Positions 46,005 through 57,788 of a DNA stretch of 64,000 nt are shown piece by piece. Made by a program: the position numbers and the translations under genes. How positions within the stretch are numbered: position 1 is the first letter of the stretch; the number at the start of each line of letters is the position of its first letter. The notes below the pieces were generated by a model, which saw nothing but the letters and a program-made list of their open reading frames with translations, did not search any database and had not been told where the DNA came from. Origin of the DNA: an uncultured Nitrososphaeraceae archaeon (lineage in GTDB: Archaea; Thermoproteota; Nitrososphaeria; Nitrososphaerales; Nitrososphaeraceae); contig CAWGVG010000044.1 in NCBI GenBank assembly GCA_963825865.1, positions 13,818 through 77,817 on the forward strand, given 5' to 3'.

Positions 46005-47632
46005 GGAGTTCTCCTTCTATTTCTAGCTCATTTGCAAGTGGAATCAATATATGTTTACGTATCTTTATCCAGTCTGACCTTATGCCTGTCTTGCTTGCGT
46101 GTTCGAGAAGTCTCCTTTCTAACGCTACGTTCGCTTTATGTCTCAGCTGAATAATTGCTCCATGAATATCAGCGCTACCATATACGGCATTACCTGCAAC
46201 GAGAATCCTGGCGCCAGAGTCATATACCTGCTCCAAAGTCGTTGCATCAATACCCCCATCTGCTTCTATATATCCCTTAAAACCATGTTCCCTTAATTTT
46301 CTATTTATCAATACCATTTTTGGCAAAACTTCAGGAATAAATTTTTGTCCTGCAAAGCCCGGATTCACAGACATTATTATCACAACATCAATATTTTCTA
46401 GATGAGAATAAAGCCACTCAGGAGTATCAGTAGGAGGATTAATTGCAATACCGGGACTTATTCCATTTGCGAGTAATTTGTCTTTTATACACGCAAACTG
46501 GCTTTCGTTACACGCCTCTGCATGGACTGTGATTATGTCGCATCTAGCGTCAATATACTCTTGTATATGTTCCAATGGATTCTCAATCATCAGGTGTACG
46601 TCAAATGGTAGACTCGTAATATGCCGTAACTTTCTAATAGTGTCTGCAAAGAATGTAGTGTTGGATACAAACCTACCATCCATAACATCTAAATGTATTA
46701 TGTCTGCTCCCCCACGCTCTGCCTTTCTGACTTTATCTTCATAGTTTTCCCGTTCTCCTGCAATAATGGACGGTGCAATTAAGCATTCACTTTCAAGTTC
46801 TTCCAACAATATCGGAGTGTGTTTCCTCGGAGGAGCCTTACCATGCCATTGCGGATTATTTGTCATATGCTTAATGCCATTGCCCTTGATAGTGTTAGCT
46901 ATAATTAGAGTGGGCTTATCGTCTACCTGACTAGCTTTGTTCAGTGCATCGATTATCTGTTCAACCCTATGACCATCGATCTCGATTACATTCCAATTAA
47001 ATGCTGACCATTTGTCACGCATTGGATCCAAAGGCATAATATCTTCGGTGAAGCCGTCTTGCTGGATGCGATTGCGGTCTAATATTGCGATAAGATTGTC
47101 TAATCTGAACTTAGGCGCTGCCATTGCTGCCTTCCCATACTTGTCCTTCATTCGACTCCCCATCTCCAATCAAAGTATAGACACGATTCTTTTTATTGTC
47201 AAGTTTATTGGCAATTGCTATACCTATTGACACTGACAATCCTATCCCCTCTGAGCCTCCTGAATACTCAATTCCCGGTATACTATGGTGCTTTTGCGCT
47301 TCTGAATATCTCACAGGATGGCCTTGAAGGCGACCACCAAGCTTGCGCAATGTCTTCATTTCATCAGTTGGAAAGTAACCAGCAACTGCTAAAGTTGCAT
47401 AGTAACCTGGAGCAGAGTGTGCTTTTGAATTTACAAAATAATCTCGCTCCTCCCATCCCGGTTTTAAAGGATCATGTTTCATCTTTCTAAAATAAAGGGC
47501 TCCCATGATTTCAGCTGAAGAAAACGATGCACCAGGATGTCCAGAACCAGCTTCCGCAATTCCCTGAATAGCCAGCATGCGGATGTCACGTATTTTCCTT
47601 TTTAAATCAAGATATTGCATGTTTAAAGCCAT
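45991..47632 (-). CDS. Transketolase N-terminal subunit fused to ribulose-phosphate 3-epimerase (one frameshift)
   Basis: SGHPG, LQGHP, ThDP motif GDGESNEG, followed by IAPSII, HLDVMDG, DVHLM, MSVNPGFAGQKF, ADGGI. Confidence 0.92.
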
Positions 47633-48053
47633 GTTACCAATGACCTATTGACATGTTAAATGTCATTATAATAAAAACCAATTAGGAAAAATAAAAAGAT
47701 ATAGTCATAAATCACATCACTTTAATTTAAAAACATAAATAACATAATTTGCTTGTTTTTTAGACATTCTTGTTGTCCATACCACACCTATATGAGAGGA
47801 GAAATGTTAGGTCATAGCTACTATCACTCTTCACTGCTCTAAATCTATTCGAGAGAATGTGACAAATAGTTTTTTATTCTACATTCTACTATGTAACCCT
47901 TGCCCTTCCATATTGCTATAACTGGAGCATGGTACATGTGCATATGCTTCATAATGAGTATAGTTAGCAAGCGAATACCGATTCTTGTAGCAACCACCTA
48001 ATCTAGGAGCTTTTCAATAGTTTAAAATAAAGTCAGTATTTTTACGTCACATA

Positions 48054-49560
48054 ATGGTTCATATTAAAGTGGAAAAGGCAGAGATTGCCCAGAAAATGAC
48101 ATCGCTTTTAGTCATTGGCATTTTTGAAAATGAGCAGGAGTTCTCACAATCAAAAGAACTCGATTCGACATTATCTTCTATAATCAGAGAAATCCTAGAA
48201 AATAAAGAATTCAAGGGAAGCTTCGGGTCTACTATCACTTTGTATATAGTAGGTAATGTACCAATGAAAAAAATTACGCTTATTGGCCTTGGTCAGAAGG
48301 AGAAATTTACAAATGAACGTGCAAGAATTATTGCTGGAAAGGCAGACTTTAAATGCCAAAGAGCTCGGGCTAACAGAATTTACAATTTTTCTTTCTAAGT
48401 TAGACGAAGATTTAGTTGAAGCAATTTCGGAAGGTATTTCTCTTTCACTTTATTCTTTTACCAGATATAAGACCAACAACAATAATGAAAAGGAATCTTT
48501 GAACCTTCATGAAGTCTCGATTCTAATTAATTCGGAATCTACAAAGTTCCAATCTATTGTAGAGAAAGTGAAATTAATAGTTGAAGCAGTGTATTTTGGA
48601 CGTGATTTAAGCAATCTTCCTCCAAATGAATGCTCTCCTGCACGATTAGCTAGTGTTGCATTGTCGCTTGCAAGTGAACATGCGATGAAAGTAAGAATTG
48701 TAGAAAGATATGAAATGGAATCGGTAGGTCTAGCTGGAATAGTTGCAGTTGGTAAAGGAAGCAACAATCCTCCTAAAATGATAATTTTGGAATATAACGG
48801 AGCCTCAGGTGATCAGAAGCCTTATCTTCTAGTAGGAAAAGCAGTTACCTTCGATACTGGTGGAATTTCATTAAAACCAGGTGATAAGATGGATGAGATG
48901 AAATTTGATAAATGCGGCGGATGTACGGTTCTTGCGATTCTGAAAGCTATAGCATCATTGAAACTTCCAGTAAATGTTGTTGGCATTGTTCCCTCTGTTG
49001 AAAACATGCCGTCATCTACAGCATACAGACCTGGAGATATAATACGTATGTACAATGGTAAAACCGTAGAAGTTTTAAATACGGATGCAGAAGGTAGAAT
49101 GATACTTGCTGATGCTTTGGCATATGGTATCAGCCTGTACAATCCAAAGGCAATTATTGATCTGGCAACTCTAACTGGGGCATGCATAATTGCATTGGGT
49201 GCAAATGTGGCTGCAGCGATTGGAACAAGTAAAGAGCTTATTGAGAAATTGCGAAGGGCATCTGAAAAAACAGGAGAAAAAATATGGGAGCTTCCGTTAT
49301 ATGATGAATTTCATGAACAAATAAAAAGCACTATCGCCGACATTAAAAATATCGGAGGAAGACCAGGCGGCGCTATAACAGCAGCAGCATTTTTGTCAAA
49401 TTTCGCTGCTGATGTTCCATGGATACATTTGGATATTGCAGGAACGGCATGGACCCAAGATGGGACTTATGAGAGAAGCTACAACCCTAAAGGTGCGACA
49501 GGATTTGGAATTAGAACTCTAGTAAAGTTGTTAGCAGAGGACAGTAATGAAAAGCCATAA
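48054..49560 (+). CDS. pepA: Leucyl aminopeptidase, M17 family (one frameshift)
   Basis: VGKAVTFDTGGISLK, MKFDKCG, NTDAEGR, WIHLDIAG. Confidence 0.95.
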
Positions 49561-49599
49561 AATACCTATCGAATTTATGGCTGCTTCTCGTAAATCCTA

Positions 49600-50270
49600 A
49601 AAGAGAATCTATTGATTCACTTTATTTAAAAGCAAGATCGAAGTTCAAAACTTCAATTATCAAGAAGAACATAAGGTACTCTTATCACTGCAGATATAGT
49701 ATGGTCCTATTTTCAAGACAGATTTGGCACTACCCATTATCTTGGAGTTATTGGCGATAATGGCAGTAGTAAAAAGTACCTGTTGGCAACGCATTTGAAT
49801 TGATTGCATATTATCAGCCACTATGACTGATCCTAGCACTGCCAATTTATTCAGAGAAATAGGACAATTAGAAATGGGCCAATGTACAATAGTTGCAGAT
49901 GAGGTAGAGAAAATAGATCAATCTCTTGAAATTATGAGTATTTTGAAAACTGACTACCATATTAGAGGCAAAGTTGCACGTACTAATAACAAAAATCGGA
50001 AACAAGAATTCTTTCGGACATATTGCCTTAAGATGACTATAGCTGAACGTTTACCCAATCAAAATAAAGCTGAAGATGAGCCAAAATATGATATCAAAGA
50101 AGTATTAAATCTGGCTCGCGCGATACAAAAGGCCAGGAGATGATTAGATGAGCTAGTTGATTTCAGGAAGTTAATGCGGATGTACAAGACTGCTGCATTT
50201 CAAAGACCCAATCTCTGATATAAATATAGGTATAGATGGGAGGAGCAAAGAGCTGTGCAAGCCTACTTTT
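49600..50270 (+). pseudogene. Decayed P-loop NTPase fragment of mobile-element type
   Basis: LITADIVWSYFQDRFGTTHYLGVIGDNGSSK (degenerate Walker A), TDPSTANLFR, TIVADE (Walker B), ILKTDY, GRSKELCKP. Several shifts and stops. Confidence 0.6.
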
Positions 50271-50495
50271 TTCATGCGTGCCATCATTTAAAATAACTTA
50301 AGTCACTCAATACAGAGAATAGAATGCTAATATGTCCTCCTAGCTACAATTATTATCCTGGGAAGATGAATGTTTAGAAATGTTAAATATGTTTCAGCGT
50401 ATTTTGATTACTCCTAACTTCTGATAAAATTTCATAATACCGATTTCTGTGAAACTAACTATATTTAATACTGGTTTGGTTATGATGAAATATAA

Positions 50496-51074
50496 TTGCC
50501 CGTATTTCAAATGCAGATACTCGTTGATGAATTGTCTTCAATCGGTGTTAACTGTAAGGTTGGCAATATATTATTTGATATATCATCTGTTAGACGTCCC
50601 TACTTTGAAAGATGGCTATTGCATAGGGATGGTTTTGTGAAGATGTATAACGAAAATATTGATTACATCGGAATAGAGGATGTCGTACGTATTGGGCCAT
50701 TTTACAACGTTTATTGTTTGATAGAAAACCAGCATATTACTGAAAACGATGCTAATTCTTATAAATTGTTAGACGCTGATCCATACTTTAATCTACACAA
50801 TGGAGAAGTCACTAAACTGGGTTGGAGCGGCGGTGTTCTTGCAGACATTTTAGCAAACGATTCAATCCTTTACAATTCTTTTGCCACAAATATAATGAAA
50901 GAAGAGATAAGAAAAATTTCGGTTAAAGTGGCGAATTTTGCATGCATTATTGAGACACGTACATGGCAAGTTAATGGTTTGGCATCGATTTATAAGGTTA
51001 TTGACCGAATAGGATTCAAGGTTAAAGAATTACTAAAACAGGTGCAGTTGGGAAATGATATTGATTTAAAATGA
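50496..51074 (+). CDS. Hypothetical protein
   Basis: Intact 192-aa ORF with normal composition; no family recognised. Confidence 0.7.
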   Translation: MPVFQMQILVDELSSIGVNCKVGNILFDISSVRRPYFERWLLHRDGFVKMYNENIDYIGIEDVVRIGPFYNVYCLIENQHITENDANSYKLLDADPYFNLHNGEVTKLGWSGGVLADILANDSILYNSFATNIMKEEIRKISVKVANFACIIETRTWQVNGLASIYKVIDRIGFKVKELLKQVQLGNDIDLK

Positions 51075-51307
51075 CAAATAATTTTTACCAATTGACCCTA
51101 CATTGATGATAAGTCAATGGCTGTATATGTATTATCTTGTGAAATTCTCTTTTAATCCTATAAGTTAGGATGTTTTAAATAAACGATCATAACAGCAATA
51201 GGCAATAGATATTATTAGCCGCAGATTAATTCGCGGTAGTAGAGCAATATTCAGAAGAGATGTGGTCGGCCATGATAACGATGATTATGATATATTATAT
51301 ATATAAA

Positions 51308-51422
51308 TGCCAGCACTGCTGTTTTCCAACCGCTTACGCAGGTAAGTAACACAGCAGCGACGACAGGTTTGACTTCCGGGTTCGGAATGGGACCGGGTCG
51401 CACCCTGCCGCTATGGCCGGCT
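51308..51422 (-). rRNA. rrf: 5S rRNA
   Basis: Minus strand GCCGGCCATAGCGGCAGGGTGCGACCCGGTCCCATTCCGAACCCGGAAGTCAAACC...GTGCTGGC, with the conserved CCGAAC loop and pairing termini. Confidence 0.95.
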
Positions 51423-51889
51423 TACTTTAATTGTAGAGGACCGTTAATTTAATCTTCCTATAGCCTCAGAACGAAGACCAACATAGATCTCTTGTTTACA
51501 ATGGTTTGTATTAAAAACTATCAAAAAGTAGAAGTTGGAACAATATTAAAAAATTAAATTACCCTCTATTAGGGAGGTACAATAAGCAGAATAAATTTCA
51601 AAGGAAACGTAAATTCCATTGCTGCTGTTGCTTATTATCATCATAATCTTTTATTTCATTGACATTACTTCTTCTTTTGTTTTCTATCTTCTTTATCAGT
51701 TGGTGTAGTTCCTCTAATAGATAATGCTTTATAATAATTTATTAGTTTCTAGATCTTATATATTCAAATAGTTAATTTTGAACTTTCTTTTGCATATAAT
51801 ATTCTTTGAATATAATTTCGCTCTATTTTTTAAATATAGTTTAAGGCATGCATAAGATATATAATATTGTAAAAATAAATTATATCACA

Positions 51890-53697
51890 TTGGCCAATTT
51901 AGCAGAATCAACACACAGGATAGCTGTTCTAGACAAAGAGCTGTGCCAACCTAAAAAATGCGGATTAGAATGTATTATCTACTGTCCAGTAAATAAAACC
52001 GGTGGCGAATGTATAACACAGCGTCCAGAAGATGGAAAGGCAGTAATTTCAGAAGATCTCTGCACTGGTTCGGCATATGTATAAAGAAATGTCCTTTTGA
52101 TGCTATTGTAATTGTTAACTTGGCCAAGGAATTGGGACAAGATAAAGTTCACCAGTATGGTATCAATTCGTTCAGATTATACCGTCTTCCGACACCAAGA
52201 AAAGGATCAGTAGTAGGTTTGCTTGGAAAAAACGGTATGGGCAAATCTACCATAGTCAATATCTTGTCTGGAAGCATCAAGCCTAACTTTGGCAATTATC
52301 AAGGGAAGATTGGATGGGATCACATTCTCAAAAATTTTCAGGGAACTGAACTAAAATCACATTTTGAGAAAATTGCCAATGGTAATATACGCGCATCAAT
52401 CAAACCTCAGTTAGTTTATCTCGTTTCAAATGCATTTAACGGAACTGCAAAAGAATTGTTAAAAATGTACGACGAGCGAAAGGTAAGTGAAAATTTGGTA
52501 GAGGAACTTGGATTGAAAAATGCACTTCATCGGAACGTCAGTGAATTAAGCGGTGGCGAACTACAAAGACTAGCGGTGGCAGTGACGTCGGCAAAGGATG
52601 CTGACTATTATTTTTTTGACGAACCGTCATCATACAATGACGTCTACCAAAGACTTGCAGTTGCCAAAGTTATCCAAGATCTCGCAAAAGAAGGCAAGAG
52701 CGTCATGGTCGTAGAACATGATATGGCATTACTAGATTATCTTTCAGATTATATCCATATTCTATATGGCGAGCCAGGAGCATATGGTATTGTTTCCAGT
52801 TTACAAAATACAAAGCTTGGCATCAATAACTTCCTTGAAGGCTTCCTCACAACAGAGAATGTACGGTTCCGGGAAAAAGCCTTCAGGTTTGACACAATAA
52901 GCTCAATTGATGATGTGATTTTAGATGCCCCTGTGGCTCGTTATACTGATATAACAAAGACGTTTCCATTGTTTAAGCTAAAAATATATTCAGGACAGGT
53001 CAGACGAGGAGAAATCGTGGGGATAGTTGGTGCTAATGCACTAGGCAAAACTACTTTTATGAGAATGCTAGCAGGAGTAGACATACCGGATTCTGGAAAT
53101 ATTGAAATTGGAGCGAAAATTTCATTCAAGCCTCAATATCTAAAGCAAGACTATGATGGTGATGTACACTCATTGCTGTATGTAGCATATCATCAAAATG
53201 CAATAGAGAATTCTAAAATAGAAGAGCAGATTTTAATACCAATGGGCATAAAGAAACTCTATGAAAAAAATGTTAAAAACCTTAGTGGAGGAGAATTGCA
53301 AAAGGTAGCAGTAGCTGCTTCTTTGATGCGAGAGGCCGATATTTATGCATTAGACGAGCCTTCTGCATTCCTTGACATAGAGGATAGAATTGCACTTGCG
53401 AAATTCCTTCAACGTTTTATAAGAGCACAGGGAAAGTCTGCAATTATTATCGATCATGACATACAACTAATAGACCATGTAGCAGACACGTTGGTAATTT
53501 TTGAGGGGCATCCAGGTTTAGAGGGTATGGCTAGTCCTCCAATGCAGAAAGAACCTGGAATGAATAAGTTCTTAAAAGCACTATCTATAACATATAGAAG
53601 AGATGAAAATACAGGCAGGCCACGTGTAAATAAAGAAGGCGGCAGATTGGACAGGATGCAAAAGGATTCAGGTGACTATTATTATGTCAAAAAATAG
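51890..53697 (+). CDS. rli: Ribosome recycling ATPase ABCE1/RLI (one frameshift)
   Basis: Fe-S domain CQPKKCGLECIIYCP, two ABC domains (GKNGMGKS, GANALGKT, LSGGELQ twice), GRPRVNK. Confidence 0.95.
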
Positions 53698-53702
53698 CAT
53701 GC

Positions 53703-54554
53703 GTGGTTATGTCCCTTAGACTAAAAAATGTTTTAAATGAAGTTCTTACGCCTGAAGAAATATCCAAAATCTATTCTGCCTTCGATATAATTGGAGATAT
53801 AATAATAATAAAAATTCCAAATTGTTTGATATCAAAAAAAGAAATAATCGGAAAAGCAATCCTTCAAAATATCAAGCCTGCAAAATCGGTATTTGTACAA
53901 ACCTCAGCTGTTCAAGGAGAATATAGAATCCGTAGTCTAGAATTTCTTGCTGGCGACAATAATACTGTTACAGAATACAAGGAACATGGCTGCAGATTCA
54001 AAGTAGATGTTCTAAAAACCTACTTTTCACCGAGATTATCAACTGAACGGTTGCGAATTGGAAAAATGGTGAATGATAACGAAATTATTACAAATATGTT
54101 TGCTGGTGTTGGGACATATTCAATCATAATGGCTAAGAATAACAAGACATGTAGAGTTTATAGTATTGATTCCAATCCTGTCGCTAATGATTTGGCTAAA
54201 ATTAATGCTAAATTAAACAAAGTACAAGATAGAGTCTTACCAATATTTGGCGATGCAAAGGAAGTCGTAAATAAGGAGATTAAAGGTAAATCCCACAGGG
54301 TATTGATGCCATTGCCAGAAAAAGCGAAAGAATTTGTCGATTCAGCGGTAATGGCGTTGAAAGAAAACAGAGGTATCATTCATTATTTTGCTCATGTAAA
54401 AGCTCTTACAAAAAGCCTAGTTCTAGAGCAAGGGGTAATCGATACTAAAGATGCGTTCGATAAATACCATCATGAAATTCTTGCAACTAGAGTAGTTAGA
54501 GAGGTGGGACCACGAATATACCAAATAGTGTCTGATGTTTCTATTTTCCCTTAA
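53703..54554 (+). CDS. trm5: Trm5/Tyw2-family tRNA-modifying SAM-dependent enzyme
   Basis: FDIIGDI, KEHGCRFKVD..KTYFSPRLSTER, MFAGVG, DSNP. Confidence 0.8.
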   Translation: MVMSLRLKNVLNEVLTPEEISKIYSAFDIIGDIIIIKIPNCLISKKEIIGKAILQNIKPAKSVFVQTSAVQGEYRIRSLEFLAGDNNTVTEYKEHGCRFKVDVLKTYFSPRLSTERLRIGKMVNDNEIITNMFAGVGTYSIIMAKNNKTCRVYSIDSNPVANDLAKINAKLNKVQDRVLPIFGDAKEVVNKEIKGKSHRVLMPLPEKAKEFVDSAVMALKENRGIIHYFAHVKALTKSLVLEQGVIDTKDAFDKYHHEILATRVVREVGPRIYQIVSDVSIFP

Positions 54555-54557
54555 TAT

Positions 54558-54779
54558 TTAGTTAGTGTTATTTTTGTCGGGTTCTGGAGCCGTAGCCATT
54601 GTATACCCTATCCATGCTAGCACAGCCACTAAAGTAGCAATTGCTGCAAGGACAGTAAGTCTCAGAACTATTATCCCCCACTCTGTAGCAAGTAAAAGGT
54701 AAGCATACATAATAAACCCGATAATTGACAATATAAAAAGACAAAGTCCTGCACTTCTGCTAACTCTTTTACTTTTCAT
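54558..54779 (-). CDS. Small two-TM membrane protein
   Basis: Two hydrophobic helices ending WIGYTMATAPEP. Confidence 0.7.
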   Translation of the reverse strand: MKSKRVSRSAGLCLFILSIIGFIMYAYLLLATEWGIIVLRLTVLAAIATLVAVLAWIGYTMATAPEPDKNNTN

Positions 54780-54814
54780 GCGTTCTTGACACGCATAGTA
54801 TCTTATTTAGGTAT

Positions 54815-55313
54815 CTAGCCAAATTCCAAAGCCATAAGATATGCATCTTCTCCATCCCTATAATATGCACGAAGTGTAGATTTTATTTGAAAGCCAAGTT
54901 TTTCGTACATTTTGATGGCTGATTTATTGCTAGTTCTTACTTCAAGGTAAATCTCATCACACTTCCTACTAACTACACCAGTAATACCCTCAAGCATTAA
55001 AGCCTTGCCAAGGCCGCTTGCCACGATGCTGTTCTAAAACGGCAACAGATACCACATGGCCCTTCTTTACGAAGCCTAACTTCCTAAAATTAGAGAAGCC
55101 AAATTCAATCTTACACATAATATAACCTATTATGGCATCATCTAGTTCTGCAATAATAAATGCCTCAGGCAACTCTCGCAGAATAGATTCAAAAAAGTAG
55201 TCTGAATAATGTTCTGGAAGAGTAATCAGGTTAATATCGATGATCGTAGGAAGATCTTTCTCTTCGGCACGACGAATAATATAATTCCCTACTCTTCGCA
55301 GATTTGTTTGCAA
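54815..55313 (-). CDS. N-terminal acetyltransferase (Ard1/RimI GNAT), one frameshift
   Basis: LPEHY, GYIMC, GHVVSVAV, LEVRTSN..AIKMYEKLGF, YYRDGEDAYLM. Confidence 0.9.
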
Positions 55314-55997
55314 CTGTTCGAATATGCAATACAAATTATTTAACCTTATTATCATGTTGGGAAAATTGATGGTATCAAGAAAGAGCAGTTTATTTTTTAT
55401 TATCGTAGCTTTTCAAAAGAAATATGAGAAAAATACTTGGATATTCGACGGTAAAACAGGACCGCATTGAGAATATGTTCTAGAAATATATATTTCTATT
55501 TCGTGGAGCGTTTAGGTTTACCAAAAGAAAGAAGAAGGGTTGTATGCGAATGTAAAATATCTATCCCTAACTACTTTTCCACTGTGAAAAAATTAAGAAT
55601 TAAAAGGTTATTTCCTTTGTATTTCGGAGTTTTCATAATGAATTTGTCGACATCCCTATCACATCATACATATAACAATAATCATTCAAGCTTTAAAAGA
55701 AAGAACATAGTTGTCTTTAGATCTGCTTTAATTTTTTATATACCATTTGCTTATTTACGTTGATAATTGTTATTATAACAGCAGATTAGTCAAAATTATA
55801 TGCAGGCATGGTTGGATGCGGGAATACCATCAGACGGAACGTGACAATAGAATATAAGAACGAGCTAATGTAAGCAGTCACTTGATTATAAGTAATCAGT
55901 GAAGTCACCTTCTGACATTTTTGTATTACATATTAGCATTAGAGACTGTTTCTTACTCATTACAAAAAACTACACAGGAGATAATTATAACTACTTA

Positions 55998-57113
55998 CTA
56001 AATTGCTTTTAAAAAAATGATATCGGCATCGGATAATACAAGAACTTTATGGTTCTTTCCATGTTTGACCAGTAATTTTTCCAATACATCTTTCATGCTT
56101 TCATAGACTCTAAAACCCAGTTTTGTTTTCAAATAGTATTGTGGCAGCGTTGATACTATTCCGAATTCACATTTCTGCCGCAACTCTTCTATATATAGGA
56201 TGTGTTCTAGACCATCTATATAAACAGCTTTTTGTTTTAGTTCTTCAATATTTAATCTTCCTTCAATAAGCATTTGTAATGCACCTCCCCCTATTCCATT
56301 GCGATTTTCTGCGATGAGGACGGCAGATCCATTTTCTCTGACAATATGGACTGAATTCCATAATGAATTTAATGAATCTGCAAGGGTTAAATGCGGACCA
56401 ATTTCACTACTAGCGCTGATAATTGCAGATTTGGCCAACTCTACTTCAATTACAGAAATAGACTGTAATTTAGTAACTGCGTTCTGGAATGCTTCAATAA
56501 TATTTCCATAATAGATCCCTGCAATACCCAAAGAGTTTGCTATAATCTCAATAGATTTAGCGGAAATTTTTTCAGAATTAGAAAGTGCGATTTTTAGTGG
56601 CGGCCCTGAAACTCCGGGCTGAGGCAAGTCGCCTTGTCTTGCCTGAAAGGACTCCAACATTTGTTCATATACATAATTTCGTAACAGTATTGTAGGAGTG
56701 CCGCTAAATCCAAATAAAGGGTCATAGCTTATCTGAGAAATAAAAATAATATTCTGAAACTTCTCTATTCTATTATGAAAAGATTGATAGCCAATTCGGT
56801 TCATTGAGATTGTCTTATCTGCAAAATTAGTTTTCAGTGTAGTCTCTACCTTAGGTAGAACATCAATAGTCACATTCACAAATCCCTTAGCTCGTGCCAT
56901 CTCGAGAAGTATTGTGATTACCCTGGCAACATATTTTGAGTCAGATAAGGCAAAAATAAGCATATTATCATCTAAGAGCACATTGCTCAGCTCTGACCGA
57001 ATCTCATCGTCTGTCAATGATGGAAAGTCTGAAGAGATATTCTTAAGGAGGTTTTCAAATTTAATATCTAACGCAATATCGGTATTGCCGTATTTGAGCC
57101 ATATCTCGGGCAT
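55998..57113 (-). CDS. Degenerate LarA (lactate racemase)-like protein
   Basis: IWLKYG N-terminus, DPLFGFSG, VRENGSAVLIAENRNGIG, C-terminal VLVLSDA. Confidence 0.6.
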   Translation of the reverse strand: MPEIWLKYGNTDIALDIKFENLLKNISSDFPSLTDDEIRSELSNVLLDDNMLIFALSDSKYVARVITILLEMARAKGFVNVTIDVLPKVETTLKTNFADKTISMNRIGYQSFHNRIEKFQNIIFISQISYDPLFGFSGTPTILLRNYVYEQMLESFQARQGDLPQPGVSGPPLKIALSNSEKISAKSIEIIANSLGIAGIYYGNIIEAFQNAVTKLQSISVIEVELAKSAIISASSEIGPHLTLADSLNSLWNSVHIVRENGSAVLIAENRNGIGGGALQMLIEGRLNIEELKQKAVYIDGLEHILYIEELRQKCEFGIVSTLPQYYLKTKLGFRVYESMKDVLEKLLVKHGKNHKVLVLSDADIIFLKAI

Positions 57114-57161
57114 AGCAATAATTAATAACAGTTAAAATAAATCTATTTCATATCAAAGACT

Positions 57162-57788
57162 ATGACAATGGACTTTGTTTCTGAAATTGCATCCTTTTTA
57201 CTTAAAAGCAATGCATTGCAATTTGGAGTATTCAAATTAGCCAGCGGAAACGAAACCTCATATTATATTGATCTTCGTATATTACCAAGCTTTCCTAAGC
57301 ATTTTAGACTTACAATAGGTGCGCTAAAGGATAAATTAACAAATGATATCGGTCTAGACTTTGACTCGATAGGCTCAGTCCCAACCTCAGGACTAATTTT
57401 TGGCTCCGCATTGGCATATGAAGTTTTAAAACCGCTCATATATGTCAGAAAAGACTCAAAATCACATGGTACCAGCAAAATGGTTGAGGGCTATCTTAAA
57501 CCAGGAGCAAAAGTGATACTGGTTGATGATGTGATTACTACGGGTATGTCCGTTAGTAATGCCATAGGAGTTATTCGAGCAAACGGTGGTGTTGTTGAAA
57601 ATGTCCTTGCAATAGTAAGTAGGCTTGAAGGAGCACAAGAGAAGTTAAAAAAAATGAATATTAAACTTACTGCTGTAACAACAATTAACGACATTGTTAG
57701 TATTTTGCATAAGAAAGCTCTAATTGACGACAATACTTTAGAATGTGTAATAAGGCAGAGGATGGATGAAGAACTAGAAATTGATTAA
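57162..57788 (+). CDS. pyrE: Orotate phosphoribosyltransferase
   Basis: FKLASG, YYIDLR, RKDSKSHG, LVDDVITTG. Confidence 0.95.
   Translation: MTMDFVSEIASFLLKSNALQFGVFKLASGNETSYYIDLRILPSFPKHFRLTIGALKDKLTNDIGLDFDSIGSVPTSGLIFGSALAYEVLKPLIYVRKDSKSHGTSKMVEGYLKPGAKVILVDDVITTGMSVSNAIGVIRANGGVVENVLAIVSRLEGAQEKLKKMNIKLTAVTTINDIVSILHKKALIDDNTLECVIRQRMDEELEID

Noticed and set aside
55360-55990. ORF 55467..55763 and a short MQAWLDAG peptide resembling a rhodanese tail
   Set aside because: AT-rich spacer with atypical composition; the peptide match is too short to be meaningful.
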